A stretch of DNA of 64,000 nucleotides from Octopus sinensis (Eukaryota): assembly GCF_006345805.1 (NCBI RefSeq), contig NC_043011.1, positions 19,232,464-19,296,463 of the forward strand, in the 5' to 3' direction. Position numbers and translations under genes: made by a program. How positions within the stretch are numbered: position 1 is the first letter of the stretch; each line of letters starts with the position of its first letter. Positions 27,930 to 39,146 of this stretch are shown here, one piece after another. The notes beneath the pieces were generated by a model. That model did not search any database. It saw only the letters and a list, made by a program, of their open reading frames with translations, and was not told the origin of the DNA.

Positions 27930-28008
<79 letters not shown>

Positions 28009-28230
28009 GGTAATAAATATTTTAGAAAGTTTTACTACCTGTTGCCTAGCGTCTAGAAAAATTAGTCAATAGACTATATATTATTCATGTAGATACAGTG
28101 TACATTTAACCACATAAGAGGTATCCTTCATAGGATTCCTTTCACGCTAGAAGAAACAGCTAAAGTCCAAACCACTATTAGGGACAACAACTCGAAGGAA
28201 ATGAAAAATAAAAATATTTACCATATATTT

Positions 28231-28296
28231 CTTGGACCATGGTTTCTGGCTTTTTTAGCAAATAAAATAATTTGCTAGGCGAAGTCTTCATGAACA
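28231..28296 (-). ncRNA. decayed hammerhead, family of 18051-18121
   Basis: ATGAAGA CTTCGCC TAGCAA..TTTGCTA..GAAAC CATG GT C; palindromic ACCATGGT. Confidence 0.55.
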
Positions 28297-28707
28297 GGTA
28301 CGCCTAGATCAAACATATAAGTACGAGGCAAATCCAGCATGTGCCTCTTGCTTATACACTATAAATTTTCAAATCCACCGCATGCAAGCGCAGTTTTTTG
28401 TCGGCAGCAAAAAGATTCCGGCATTTCTTCGAACAATTCTCTCTTGTGGAAAAAAACGTAGGTGAAGTGTGTTCATCTTTTTGCTTCCTCTTTCCTTCTG
28501 TTTTCCTTTTTCTTTCTTTTTCTACTCTTTGAGTTATATTTAGAACACAAAATGTACTCTCTTCGCTTTTCTCTTTGATGAAACGTAGTTCTGCATGAAA
28601 CAAAAATCATTACTATGTTTATTCAGACAAATAGTGAATGGCCTACAATAGCTGAGATTTGTTTACACTAACACTCGGACAGTGGTAACCTTCAGGGGAT
28701 GGCTGCA

Positions 28708-28738
28708 ACTACTACTACTACTACTACTACTACTACTG

Positions 28739-28778
<40 letters not shown>
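28708..28778. repeat. (ACT)n microsatellite
   Basis: Directly visible. Confidence 0.98.
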
Positions 28779-29389
28779 ATATATTTATTTTATTTTTTTA
28801 TTTATTTTAAAATATCTTAAATTTGCAAATATACTAATGCTTTTTCATGCAGAAGTACATTTCAGCAAAGTATTCTCTCCAAAATTGAATGTTTAGAAGA
28901 AAAGGGGAGAGAGTACATTCTATATATAACTCAAAGGGAAGAAAGAAGAAAGAAAGAGGAACCAAAAAGACTTTCAGTGATGATCACACTGCACCTGTTT
29001 TTTTTTCTTTTTTGAAGAGGTCACCATCCTTAAACCCATTCCAATACAATGGTAAATGAATAAATGAAGGTGAAGAGGAAAGGGATCCTCCTTCACTCCC
29101 TCCCTCTCTCTACCTATCTATCTATCTGTCTGACTATATATCTATCGTCCTATCCACCTATCTACCAGCCTATCAGCCTATCTATGAAAAAAAGAAACAA
29201 TGATCTTTTCATCTAAACAAACCCCCACCCAAAACCATCTGTTTTATATAAATGAACAAGGTGTTTGTACATTCACAAAAACTTACTTGAAAATTTCGAG
29301 AAACGAAGGAAATCGCTAATAGTAATGAAAAAGCAAAAATATTTTATTCTGATGACTCTTTCCTATACACACACACTCACACACACACT

Positions 29390-29459
<70 letters not shown>

Positions 29460-29633
29460 TATATATATATATATATATATAGTCAAAAAGCAATAAAGAT
29501 TCAAGTTAATTTAAATGAATTTACTTGAATATGGTACCTAACTTAGATGCACACCAAAAAAAACTATACGGTTTTAACAATACAGTAATGTGGGGTGATT
29601 ATAAGCGAGAAAGAAGCAACAAGAATGGATAGG

Positions 29634-29724
29634 TTTTAGTACAATCGTTTCATACAAGGACAGGCTTTATTAAAAGTTGCAAAAATTGCAGCATATAAAC
29701 GTGTCCCGTACTCATCAGCTAAAA
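29634..29724 (-). ncRNA. type I hammerhead, intact, long stem II, GUA site
   Basis: TTTTAG CTGATGA GTACGGGACA..TGCAA/TTGCA..TGTCCTTGTAT GAAAC GATT GT A CTAAAA. Confidence 0.87.
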
Positions 29725-29874
29725 TACATGTGAGTTCTCTAGACATCCTAGTGGTTGAGGCTATACTCATGAAGTAATGTAGATAATTAAGTAACATAAA
29801 CAGATTTCCAAAGTTCATTAAAGTTCTTCATGAGTATAGCCTCAACCACTAGGAGTCTAGAGAACTCACATGTA

Positions 29875-29965
29875 TTTTATCTGATGAGTACGGGACATGT
29901 TTATATGCTGCAATTTTTGCAACTTTTAATAAAGCCTGTCCTTGTATGAAACGATTGTACTAAAA
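29875..29965 (+). ncRNA. inverted sister hammerhead, core intact, first stem I pair broken
   Basis: TTTTAT CTGATGA GTACGGGACA..TGTCCTTGTAT GAAAC GATT GT A CTAAAA. Confidence 0.8.
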
Positions 29966-30030
29966 ACCTATCCATTCTTGTTGCTTCTTTCTCGTATATA
30001 TATATATATATATATTATAATATATATATA

Positions 30031-30061
<31 letters not shown>

Positions 30062-30159
30062 AAGTTAATCCAAAAAAAAAAGCACAAAAAAACACAACAA
30101 CGCGAGGACGTGGAACAAATATAGTATTATTGGACGCTCAGGAAAGAAGGAAAGAAGGA
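30062..30159 (-). mobile_element. 3' fragment of the 8860-9092 repeat family
   Basis: Reverse complement of ~8995-9092; abuts (TA)n. Confidence 0.85.
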
Positions 30160-31328
30160 TATATATCCTCTTATACTTGGGGGTCGATCATATTTTGCCA
30201 ATTAAAATCATGCATTAGGTCTTCTCTTCGGTTTTACTGCTACTATCATAATTCCTTTGTCAAAGTTTGTAACACACACATTCTGTGAACACTTCAGCAA
30301 CCTCCTGTCCTACTTATCTACCTCTTGTTCTGCATATTCCATCTGGAATACTACTATAATACTACTATAATGAGAATGTAGTATAGATTGGTGAGTTCCA
30401 AGAAAAACCGAGACGTGGCAAAATATGTTTATAAAGGATAAAATTGGTTTGTTGTACACAACTAATTACGTATGCGTAACCACAATATATTTCACTGCGT
30501 CATTATAGTTCGAATAAAATGGAATTTTATTTACACAAATCAGAATTTCACTTTTGTTATTTAGCCCATGTTTTAATTGATTGATGGAACCTAAAATGAA
30601 AGGCAGTGAAATTTTCACCGTCCATTAATTCTCTATTCCGCATTTTAACAAGTATTATGGATGCGCCTCATTGATGTTATGAGAAATATTTATAATAGGT
30701 ATAAGAGTTATAATTAAACTTAAAAAGTATACATTCGTAGTAAGTAGACATCTTATACCATCTGGAGATGTAAATACATTGATTGAAAACGTTTGATTTG
30801 TATTGTTATTGCGGGGTTTTCCGCAGTTTTCACTGTAGTTTGACATTGCTTAATATGTTTAGAACCATTGCCTTGAACTGTCGTACGTGTTCACTTACAG
30901 TTACATAAATATGCGCACATACAGCCTAAACTTAAACAAACCTGTATGCAAGATAGATTTTCCAAAAGCCTAGACATACGTGCTCGATCAACCCAAAGAA
31001 ACACCGCGAAGATACATGACTGCTGTTCGTCATTGAAAGGTGTAGCACAGTTCTAAAACTCACATGAACTAACATCTACAGTCTACAGAGCAGGTTCTCT
31101 CTATTCGAGTGTCATAAATTTAATGTCGCTGCCTTTCTGTACCTTCTAATTTGTTCCATTCTTTCTTTCTTTCTCTCTCATTCAATGACCGCCGAATACA
31201 CATTCCTTTTGTTTGCGCAAAGCAGCGGCAGTATATGAATTAGCGCGTTAACCAGCATAACGACAGCCACTCCTGTGGGAAAAGAATGTCAGTCTACAGA
31301 GGAAAAAAACCAAGCCTAAACATTGTCG

Positions 31329-31678
31329 ATCTTTTTGTTACATTCATCTAGTCACATTCTCTCTCTCCCTCTCTCTCCCTTTCTCTCTCTCTCTCTGCCA
31401 CTTCCTCTCTCTCCCTCTCCTTCTCTTCCTCCCCTTTTTCTCTCTCTATCTGTTATTCTAAAAGTACAGTACTATATATGCTCGGTTTCGCGCTAGGAAT
31501 GCGATGGAGTGTTAGGTAATAATCCGATTATATAACCTTACGCTCGTTACAGTTAGCCGATATGGAAGGGAATATGGCCACTGCTCTCTGTTGTGGGAGA
31601 TTAGGTTGCTGTGAAAAAGATAGTGAAACGAAAAAGGGCAGTTATGTCCCTTGGGTGGATACGCTTTAAAGCCGTTAA
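31329..31678. repeat. ~350-bp dispersed duplication (second copy 40106-40487; inverted partial copy ~40860-40980)
   Basis: Shared CTCGGTTTCG.GCTAGGAATGCGATGGAGTGTTAGG..TTAAAGCCGTTAA plus the flanking CT-rich tract. Confidence 0.9.
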
Positions 31679-31679
31679 C

Positions 31680-33660
31680 ACCTCATTGTGTCTCTCAAAA
31701 TATTAACACGAATAACAACAACAAGAAGAGCAACATCAAAATGAAATACGTAAGAAAATCGACCAAACTAACAGTCATCACCGCTTCCACCAACAATAGC
31801 AGCATGGATAAGAATAACTACAATAACATTAGCCACAACAAGGAAAACAAGAAAAACACTGAGTTTGAAAACAACGAAAACGATGACAATGACGATGGCA
31901 CCAATCAAATTCAAAAGAAGGCCTGCCGTTCTCTACAATAATAGAAACAGATTCTTCTAACTTCGGAGAACAACACGGTCTTCAACTTGATGTACCAACG
32001 CTACACAGGTAGATGGATCTAATCGTATTCCCTTAGGAGTAGAAGGAAGTAGTAACATAAAGCTTCTCATCTGTTAAATGTCTCAACAAGAAAAGTAGAA
32101 GGTTCGAAAACCCAGCACCAACTAGGCAGAGAAAGGCTGAAAGGATCTGTGATATTAGTGTGGGATCTTAGAAGAGGAAAGAAGCGGGAGTTCTTTGATT
32201 TAACGAAAAGAGGTTATACATTTAGCTGCTGTTATTTACTCCCCTACGGAATATGTTCGTGTACCTTCTAGTTTAAGAAGGCTTTTATATAAAGGTGACA
32301 CTAAACAATGTGACTCTGGAAATAAACGTGAGTTATCTTAGAATAATCTTGGAGGAGAACATGTAGAAAGTAAACATGAAATCGAACACATACAAATCGT
32401 AGACTGAATCGTAGAGATTCAGATGCGGGACATTGCAGAAATTGTACAAAGAATCCAATAACTCATTCACGAAGAGACTGAGGACCCTGTTTCTGTGTGG
32501 TAGAAGACAGGAAGGACAAGCCTTAAGTGTGTTGCTGCACAATCTCGGAAGGCGTTCCGTTCCGTTGTAAAGACAACTAAATCCCTTTTACAGTCTGTTC
32601 CACAACCATGACATCAACGACTTCAATACCAACATCAGGAACTGTTGTAAAGTGTACATATTTTTAAAAAATCAGCCTCCATTTTCCTCACTGAATGTCA
32701 TTCGAATAACGAAGTAAGACGTAGAAATCCAGGGGGAAGCAAGTGGTCACCAGAAAGGGAGAGAAAAAAGCGAAAGGTAGTAACGCACTTCAAAAATAAG
32801 AAACGTACACGAAACACTAAAAAGGGCCTCGAATTTCCACACCCCAGTGCAGACAACGAAACAGCATCAACATCAACAAAACCCACAAACCAAAAAGACA
32901 TCAATATAATAGACAAGACAGTCGCTTCAACACCTACAGCAAGAGCAAAACACAGCCTCTTCAATTTGAAATGTCGTTAGTAATCTCTCCCTCAATTTTC
33001 TCCAACAAATATCGTGTCACTTAGAGTAGAACGTATTTATGCAGTGGTCTAGTGTCATCTTCGGAGCAAGACCACTTGCTAAACGATCTCAGACTACTTG
33101 ACTTAGATGTGGTCGCCGTTGCAGAAATCTGAATTTCTGGGGCGCATGCACTCAGCCCTATTTTTCACGACAGCAAGCGTACTATTTTGTGCCCTGACTA
33201 ATCGGTTGGTGGAATAGGGCAGGACTTTTTGGTGTATGTGCGGTTTAGAGGTACGGACGATCCTCTTGAATCTGGAAGGTAATTGTTGGTACTGGAAGTG
33301 ATTTACAATAAAGGTAGTGCTGTCAGAGTAGCGTCCGTCTATGCACCCGCACAGACAAGACGGCCAGATTGTTTTAGTTGACTACAATCTTTCCTAGAGA
33401 CATCCCACTCATTAGTACTTGTAGGTAATCGGATCGGTATAGTGGGCGCAAGATAGAAATGTGTTGAATTAATCCGTAAGAAGGGAATGTAAATGGCTTG
33501 AAAACATATTCTGACGTATTCAGATATCTGATAGGTTACGAGTCGAATTTCCGAATGAGCCAAGGTGAACTTGGAGCAACAAAAATGGGTCTTCCTGATC
33601 ATACTCAGACAGAGTATCGGTTCATTTAGCTCACATAGGTAGTTTAGGGTAGTTATGATT
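31680..33660 (+). mobile_element. decayed Tx1/L1-like LINE 5' half (ORF1 remnant + APE endonuclease)
   Basis: 33020-33625 translates to GLVSSSEQDHLLNDLRLLDLDVVAVAE, ESGR*LLVLEV, VASVYAP, SFLETSHSLVLVG, PR*TWSNKNGSS*SYSDRV. ORF1 assignment upstream is weaker. Confidence 0.7.
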
Positions 33661-33707
<47 letters not shown>

Positions 33708-34658
33708 ACACACGTATGCATATATATGTATATATGCAAAAATTTGCGTGTAAAATATCCAGCAACGAATTCGAAATGCGTAAATGAAACAACGAGAAGA
33801 AATTTTTATTTGCATTTTTTCTTACGCCGACTGAAAACTAACACGTAAGTTTTGCATATGTCTATGCGTTTGTTTGTGCATCTATTCGCTTGTGTAAGTG
33901 CTCCTGTATGTGTTCTGGGTGGGTTGGTGTAGATAATGTTCTTCGTGTTGTTTTCCATAGAGTTTTCTAGATCTGTTATACTAACACGATAATCAATAGC
34001 CCAATCTCTGAGGAGTCTCGTTCCGTGTTTGATACTACAGTATTTGCAGTTTGATATCAGCAGATATGTTCGTATAATAAAATGATATTAAGTTTTACTT
34101 TGTTAACATGGGACAACTGGATATTTGTTTTATAAAATTCTGCACTACAATAAGAATGTTCACAGACAATAAGTCTCGTAAATATAAAGATTAAGAAAAT
34201 GTTTATAACAACAAAATAAACAGAAAAGAACAGAAGAGAATATAGATGTGCATTAAGTAATGTATAACCCGTAAACAGAAGTTTTGAAAGTAACAGAAGA
34301 TGAAATAGCTTAACATAAGTTGTATATATGTGTGTGCTCGTACGCGCTCGTGTGTGTGTTTGCATGCATGCGCGTGTGTGTATGTGTGTGTTTACTTATC
34401 CGGTATATGAAATAGAAATAGTTTTAAACTATAATTGCCATGTAGTCAACATACACGATGTGAATAGACTTTTGAAAGGCAATTTACGCAAGTATTCGTC
34501 CGGAGATAACATCTCAGTTTAGAAACAACTGTACATATATCGGTGAGAGATGAATATATTTTTAGCAGTGTTTTGAAAACTCATTTCTGCCTCAAGGCGG
34601 TTTATTAATGGAGTTTGCTGTGTTCAGATTTGTTGGTTCCAGTAGACACACACACACA

Positions 34659-34744
<86 letters not shown>

Positions 34745-34848
34745 AAAAATGGTAAGATAACAGAAGAATGAAGAGACCTCGATATTATGCAAATAGAGTA
34801 GAGGAATTTATCTGGAAATGTAATATGTGACAATATTTCGGTAGCCAT

Positions 34849-34909
34849 GATAAAACTCCGAATTTCGGATTCCGAGGTAGAACTCCACGCCGACATCTCT
34901 TCCGTTATC
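34849..34909 (-). ncRNA. hammerhead, mutated core (CGGAAGA)
   Basis: GATAA CGGAAGA GATG..AATC C GAAA TTC G GAG TT TTATC. Confidence 0.65.
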
Positions 34910-34960
34910 CGGCCATCGGCAAAACACTATGACAAATGCATAGTGTTTTTCCGATCGCCG

Positions 34961-35021
34961 GATAACTGAAGAGATGGCGGTGTGGATTTCCACTTCGGCA
35001 TCCAAAACTCAGAGTTTTATC
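34961..35021 (+). ncRNA. inverted sister hammerhead, G12>A
   Basis: GATAA CTGAAGA GATG..GTGGA/TCCAC..CATC C AAAA CTC A GAG TT TTATC; the two arms together reconstruct a complete HHR. Confidence 0.7.
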
Positions 35022-35216
35022 ATGTCTACCGAATAATTGTTACATATTACATTTACAGATATATATATATATATATATATATATTAATAAAAGGAATTCC
35101 AGCCTTGTCTGATTTTCATGTTTTATTTACAATCTTATAATGATATATTATAAGATAATATATTATAATTAAATAAAATAAAATGAAATAGTAGAATGTT
35201 AAATGTTCATTCTGAT

Positions 35217-35261
35217 TGAACTAGTACTTTCATGCATTGAATTCTGCAATCTTCGGGTTCA
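35217..35261 (-). ncRNA. minimal hammerhead-like motif with CCGAAGA core, CUA site, in PLE 3' region
   Basis: TGAAC CCGAAGA T TGCA GAATTCAA TGCA T GAAA GTAC TA GTTCA; 5-bp stem I, palindromic AGTACT. Confidence 0.8.
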
Positions 35262-35749
35262 TGTAGTAGTGTTGACAGTCATGCTTCACAATTTTTGACT
35301 GTAGCAAGATGATTGATTCCGTGCTATAAATACAGCTGGGTAGGCTCCAGAGTGCTAGGTTTTGCAAACTGTATTCTGACCAATCAGTGTGTAGTATCAC
35401 TCAATTACTTAAGCTGATTGGTTGGTTGAGCTGATTGGTTTAGGCATCACGCTTTGTTGGACATGTCAAGAGTCCTGTATCTTGACCCCGGCCGAAGCAG
35501 CAATTGTTGGGTTATTTTTAGAAATGTTGTAAATATCCTTTGTCAGAGATTTTTATATTTTTATATTTCAATTGTCATCATCATCATTGTCAGCACCTTA
35601 AATATTGTTGCTAGTGGTGATGGTGGTGGCAATAGAACTTTTAACCCTAAATAAGATTATTTTCCTGCTATCTTCATCTTGATCACCTTTAGTATTGTTG
35701 TTAGTGGTCATGGTCGTAGCAGTGGAAGTAATACCTCTAAGTATTATTA

Positions 35750-36658
35750 TTATTGCTTATTTAGCTTGCGTTCGAATTTATCAATAAAATTCTTTTCTCT
35801 GATTCTCCTCTCGATTTCACTTGGGCTGTGTAATTTGTAGAACGGAAATATTATATACATTTTCCGGCCACATGTTGCTAGGTGGTTACTCAAAGGTATC
35901 TGACGGACCTCTGGGTCTCTAATCTGTTGCCGGTGTACACGTGAGCGTTCTAATAGTGCGTTTCCCGTCTGACCTACATATATTTCTTCACAGTTTGGGC
36001 ATTTCATGCAGTAAATTAAATTTCTGCTTTTGCAGTTCATATTCGCGTTTGTGAATATTTTCCCGGTTTTTGTGTTTATATATTGACCGGTATGTATGAA
36101 TTGGCATGTGCCACATCGGCTATCATTGCATTTAGATACCGTGAATGTTTGGTCTTTGTTGCTAAGGTCAAAGTTTGCCTTTGTTAGTAATGTTTTCAAG
36201 TTTTTAGGCTGTCTTTTACTAAGCACCATAGCTCGATCCGTGATTATGTCTTTTAATTCATTACTTTGGGCAATGATTGGTAGGTTTGCTTTGGCAATGT
36301 TGAAGATATTCTGGTGACATGGGTTGTGTGTCACTATGAATGGTATAACTTGTTCTTGTTTTCCTCTTCCTTGGGTTGTCCTAAGTTGTTGTATGGGTAT
36401 TTTTATAGCCCGCTGTATGCCATTTTCTATAAGTAGAGATGGGTATTTTTGTTTGAGCAAAAATTCTCTTAGTTCTATTAGGCGTTTGTTCCTGATATTT
36501 GCATCTTCTACAATGGTACAAATTCTTCTGGCTAGGCAGTATGGGATGTTACGTTTTGTATGTGGTGGATGGCACGACTTAAAATTTAGGTATTGATGTG
36601 TGTCTGTGTGTTTATAGTATATATCTGTGGTGATGGTGGTGTCTTTTTTAATTACCAT
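35750..36658 (-). CDS. PLE polyprotein C-terminal part: RT thumb + Cys-rich linker + GIY-YIG endonuclease (no native start)
   Basis: FLDI upstream in frame; TDIYYKHTDTHQYLNFKSCHPPHTKRNIP; linker CNDSRCGTC; NLIYCMKCPNCEEIYVGQTG..ERSRVH; REKNFI..F..KLN; 302 codons with no stop. Confidence 0.92.
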   Translation of the reverse strand: MVIKKDTTITTDIYYKHTDTHQYLNFKSCHPPHTKRNIPYCLARRICTIVEDANIRNKRLIELREFLLKQKYPSLLIENGIQRAIKIPIQQLRTTQGRGKQEQVIPFIVTHNPCHQNIFNIAKANLPIIAQSNELKDIITDRAMVLSKRQPKNLKTLLTKANFDLSNKDQTFTVSKCNDSRCGTCQFIHTGQYINTKTGKIFTNANMNCKSRNLIYCMKCPNCEEIYVGQTGNALLERSRVHRQQIRDPEVRQIPLSNHLATCGRKMYIIFPFYKLHSPSEIERRIREKNFIDKFERKLNKQ

Positions 36659-36667
36659 TATATCTAG

Positions 36668-36707
<40 letters not shown>

Positions 36708-36734
36708 TAATATATATATAATATATATATATAT

Positions 36735-36900
36735 ACATATTATCGTTTATTTGTTTCAGTGTTGGAGCACTGCCCTGGGTCATTTCTAGTCGAATAAATC
36801 GACCCCAGTATTTTTTGTAAAGGCCCGGTAATTAATCCATCGATGTCTGTGCTGAACTGCTAAATTACAGGGATGTAAGCACACCAAAATCGGTTGTCAA
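36735..36900 (-). mobile_element. SINE 3' fragment
   Basis: Matches the tail half of the 25791-26170 family. Confidence 0.8.
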
Positions 36901-36904
36901 GTGG

Positions 36905-37330
36905 TCGTGACATTTTATCGACAAAAATCCGGAATTGTCATGGGCACTAAGGCAGCCCCGGTCATTGCGAACTTAACAATGGGCTATCTGGAAATAATAA
37001 TATACCAGGAAACTTTATTATCCACCTTTGGAAACCCTCTTTCGCAATACATAAAAGAAAATTGGAAAAGATTTCTAGACGAATGTTTCATCCTCTAGAA
37101 GGAAAACGCAGACAAACTCCTGGAATTTAAAAGACTATTGAACTGCGTCATACAGTTCACAATAGAATACAACGAAAACGAGCTCCGATTCTTGAATATA
37201 CTAATTAAAAGAATAAGTCTAAAAATAGAAACAGGCATAATTTACAAAATCGCAGATGCCAAACAACATCTATTTAATTCATGCCACCCAAGACACACCA
37301 AAAAAACACCCCCTTCAACCTGGCATGAAC
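36905..37330 (+). pseudogene. disrupted PLE reverse transcriptase fragment (second family)
   Basis: FYRQKSGIVMGTKAAPVIANLTMGYLE, WKRFLDECF, FTIEYNENELRFLNI, SCHPRHTK; internal stop and frameshift. Confidence 0.9.
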
Positions 37331-37331
37331 G

Positions 37332-37363
<32 letters not shown>

Positions 37364-37726
37364 TATATATAATATATATATATAATATATATATATATAT
37401 ACATACATATATGTATATATTAAGAGCATTGCTATACATAAATGCCTCAAGCTACGAGGGACTCTTTAAGTCAAAACTACCATAATAAATACAGTGTACC
37501 GAACGTGAGGGTATGCAACTCTCACAGCCAGCTCCTTATAAACAGATTCAGCCGCAGATCATATGCTTTCATAATTAGTGCACAAAATGTACTTTTCAAT
37601 CGTCAGTGCAGGCATATTCAAGACACATAAAAATGAACAAAATATCAGCATACCTAGCGAACACCAAATGTATTCAGCATGCATTTGGTTTAGTTGGGCC
37701 GTTTGAGATTGCGTTGGGAATATAAG

Positions 37727-37775
<49 letters not shown>

Positions 37776-37817
<42 letters not shown>

Positions 37818-38149
37818 TTGCATGTATTCATTTATACGAATTTCCTTCTGTGTGTTATCACTATAATCCTAACCTAACTAACTGACAAACAATAAAGAAG
37901 TGATATTGAACTAGAACGTGTGCTGCTATTATTATTATTTATTTATATTATTTACATTTGACGGATATTGTCCCTATCTGTTTGTTGTTAACATAACGTT
38001 TCGACTGATATACCCTCCAGCCTTTATCAGGTGTCTTGCGGAAATTTTGAACCTGGGTTCTCATTCCTATGGCATTTTTCGAAGATGTTGTTATTATTAT
38101 TATTATCATAATTATTATTACTATTATTATTACTATTATTATTATTATT

Positions 38150-38224
<75 letters not shown>

Positions 38225-38721
38225 CTCCCCAAAAAACAAAATAATGAAGAAAAATAATGTAAATACAATTGTTAGAATAATTATGAATTTAAATCCTGCT
38301 CGCTCAGATTTTATATTTCATGTGCTCGGAGTGGATGAAATAATTGACAGTTAAAAAGCATTTCGATGTAATTAAATAATCACTTTCTCTCAATAAACAG
38401 GAATCGTGCAAAAATTAGAAAATGTGAAGTTTAAGTAATAGCAGATTAATAAATAAATACGTAGACTGAAACAGATAGGTAGGTAAGAAGTAAGTAGGTT
38501 GATAGGTATGTATGTATGCATGTATTTATGTATGTATGTTGGTATGTAGGTAGGTAGTAGGGAGATAGATAGTTAGATAGACAGACAGTCAGATTTAGGA
38601 ATAGATAGATAAATAGACAGATAGAGATAGATAGATAAATAGATAGACAGATAGATAGATAGATAGATTGACGCACAGACAGTCAAATAGTAGACAGACA
38701 AATATACGGAGAAGTAGATAC

Positions 38722-38759
<38 letters not shown>

Positions 38760-39105
38760 TTGCATGTATTCATTTATACGAATTTCCTTCTGTGTTGTTA
38801 TCACTATAATCCTAACCTAACTAACTGACAAACAATAAAGAAGTGATATTGAACTAGAACGTGTGCTGCTATTATTATTTATTTATTTATATTATTTACA
38901 TTTGACGGATATTTGTCCCTATCTTGTTTGTTGTTAACATAACGTTTCGACTGATATACCCTCCAGCCTTTATCAGGTGTCTTGCGGAAATTTTGAACCT
39001 GGGTTCTCATTCCTATGGCATTTTTCGAAGATGTTGTTATTATTATTATTATCATAATTATTATTACTATTATTATTACTATTATTATTATTATTATTAA
39101 TAATA

Positions 39106-39146
<41 letters not shown>

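Larger units (their letters stand above)
29606..29994. repeat. 169-bp inverted repeat (4 differences counted) with 51-bp spacer
   Basis: Arms 29606-29774 and 29826-29994. Confidence 0.97.
34812..35058. repeat. ~245-bp imperfect palindrome with almost no spacer
   Basis: Arms roughly 85% identical by eye, centre ~34935, flanked by (TA)n. Confidence 0.93.
35100..36672 (-). mobile_element. 5'-truncated Penelope-like retroelement (probably Neptune clade) with 3' terminal region
   Basis: Open RT-thumb/GIY-YIG ORF, downstream HHR-like motif, (TA)n at both ends. Confidence 0.92.

Noticed and set aside
37450-37480. CTACGAG GGAC..GTC AAAAC downstream of the PLE RT fragment
   Set aside because: Both core halves are mutated and there is no stem I or III; too degraded to call
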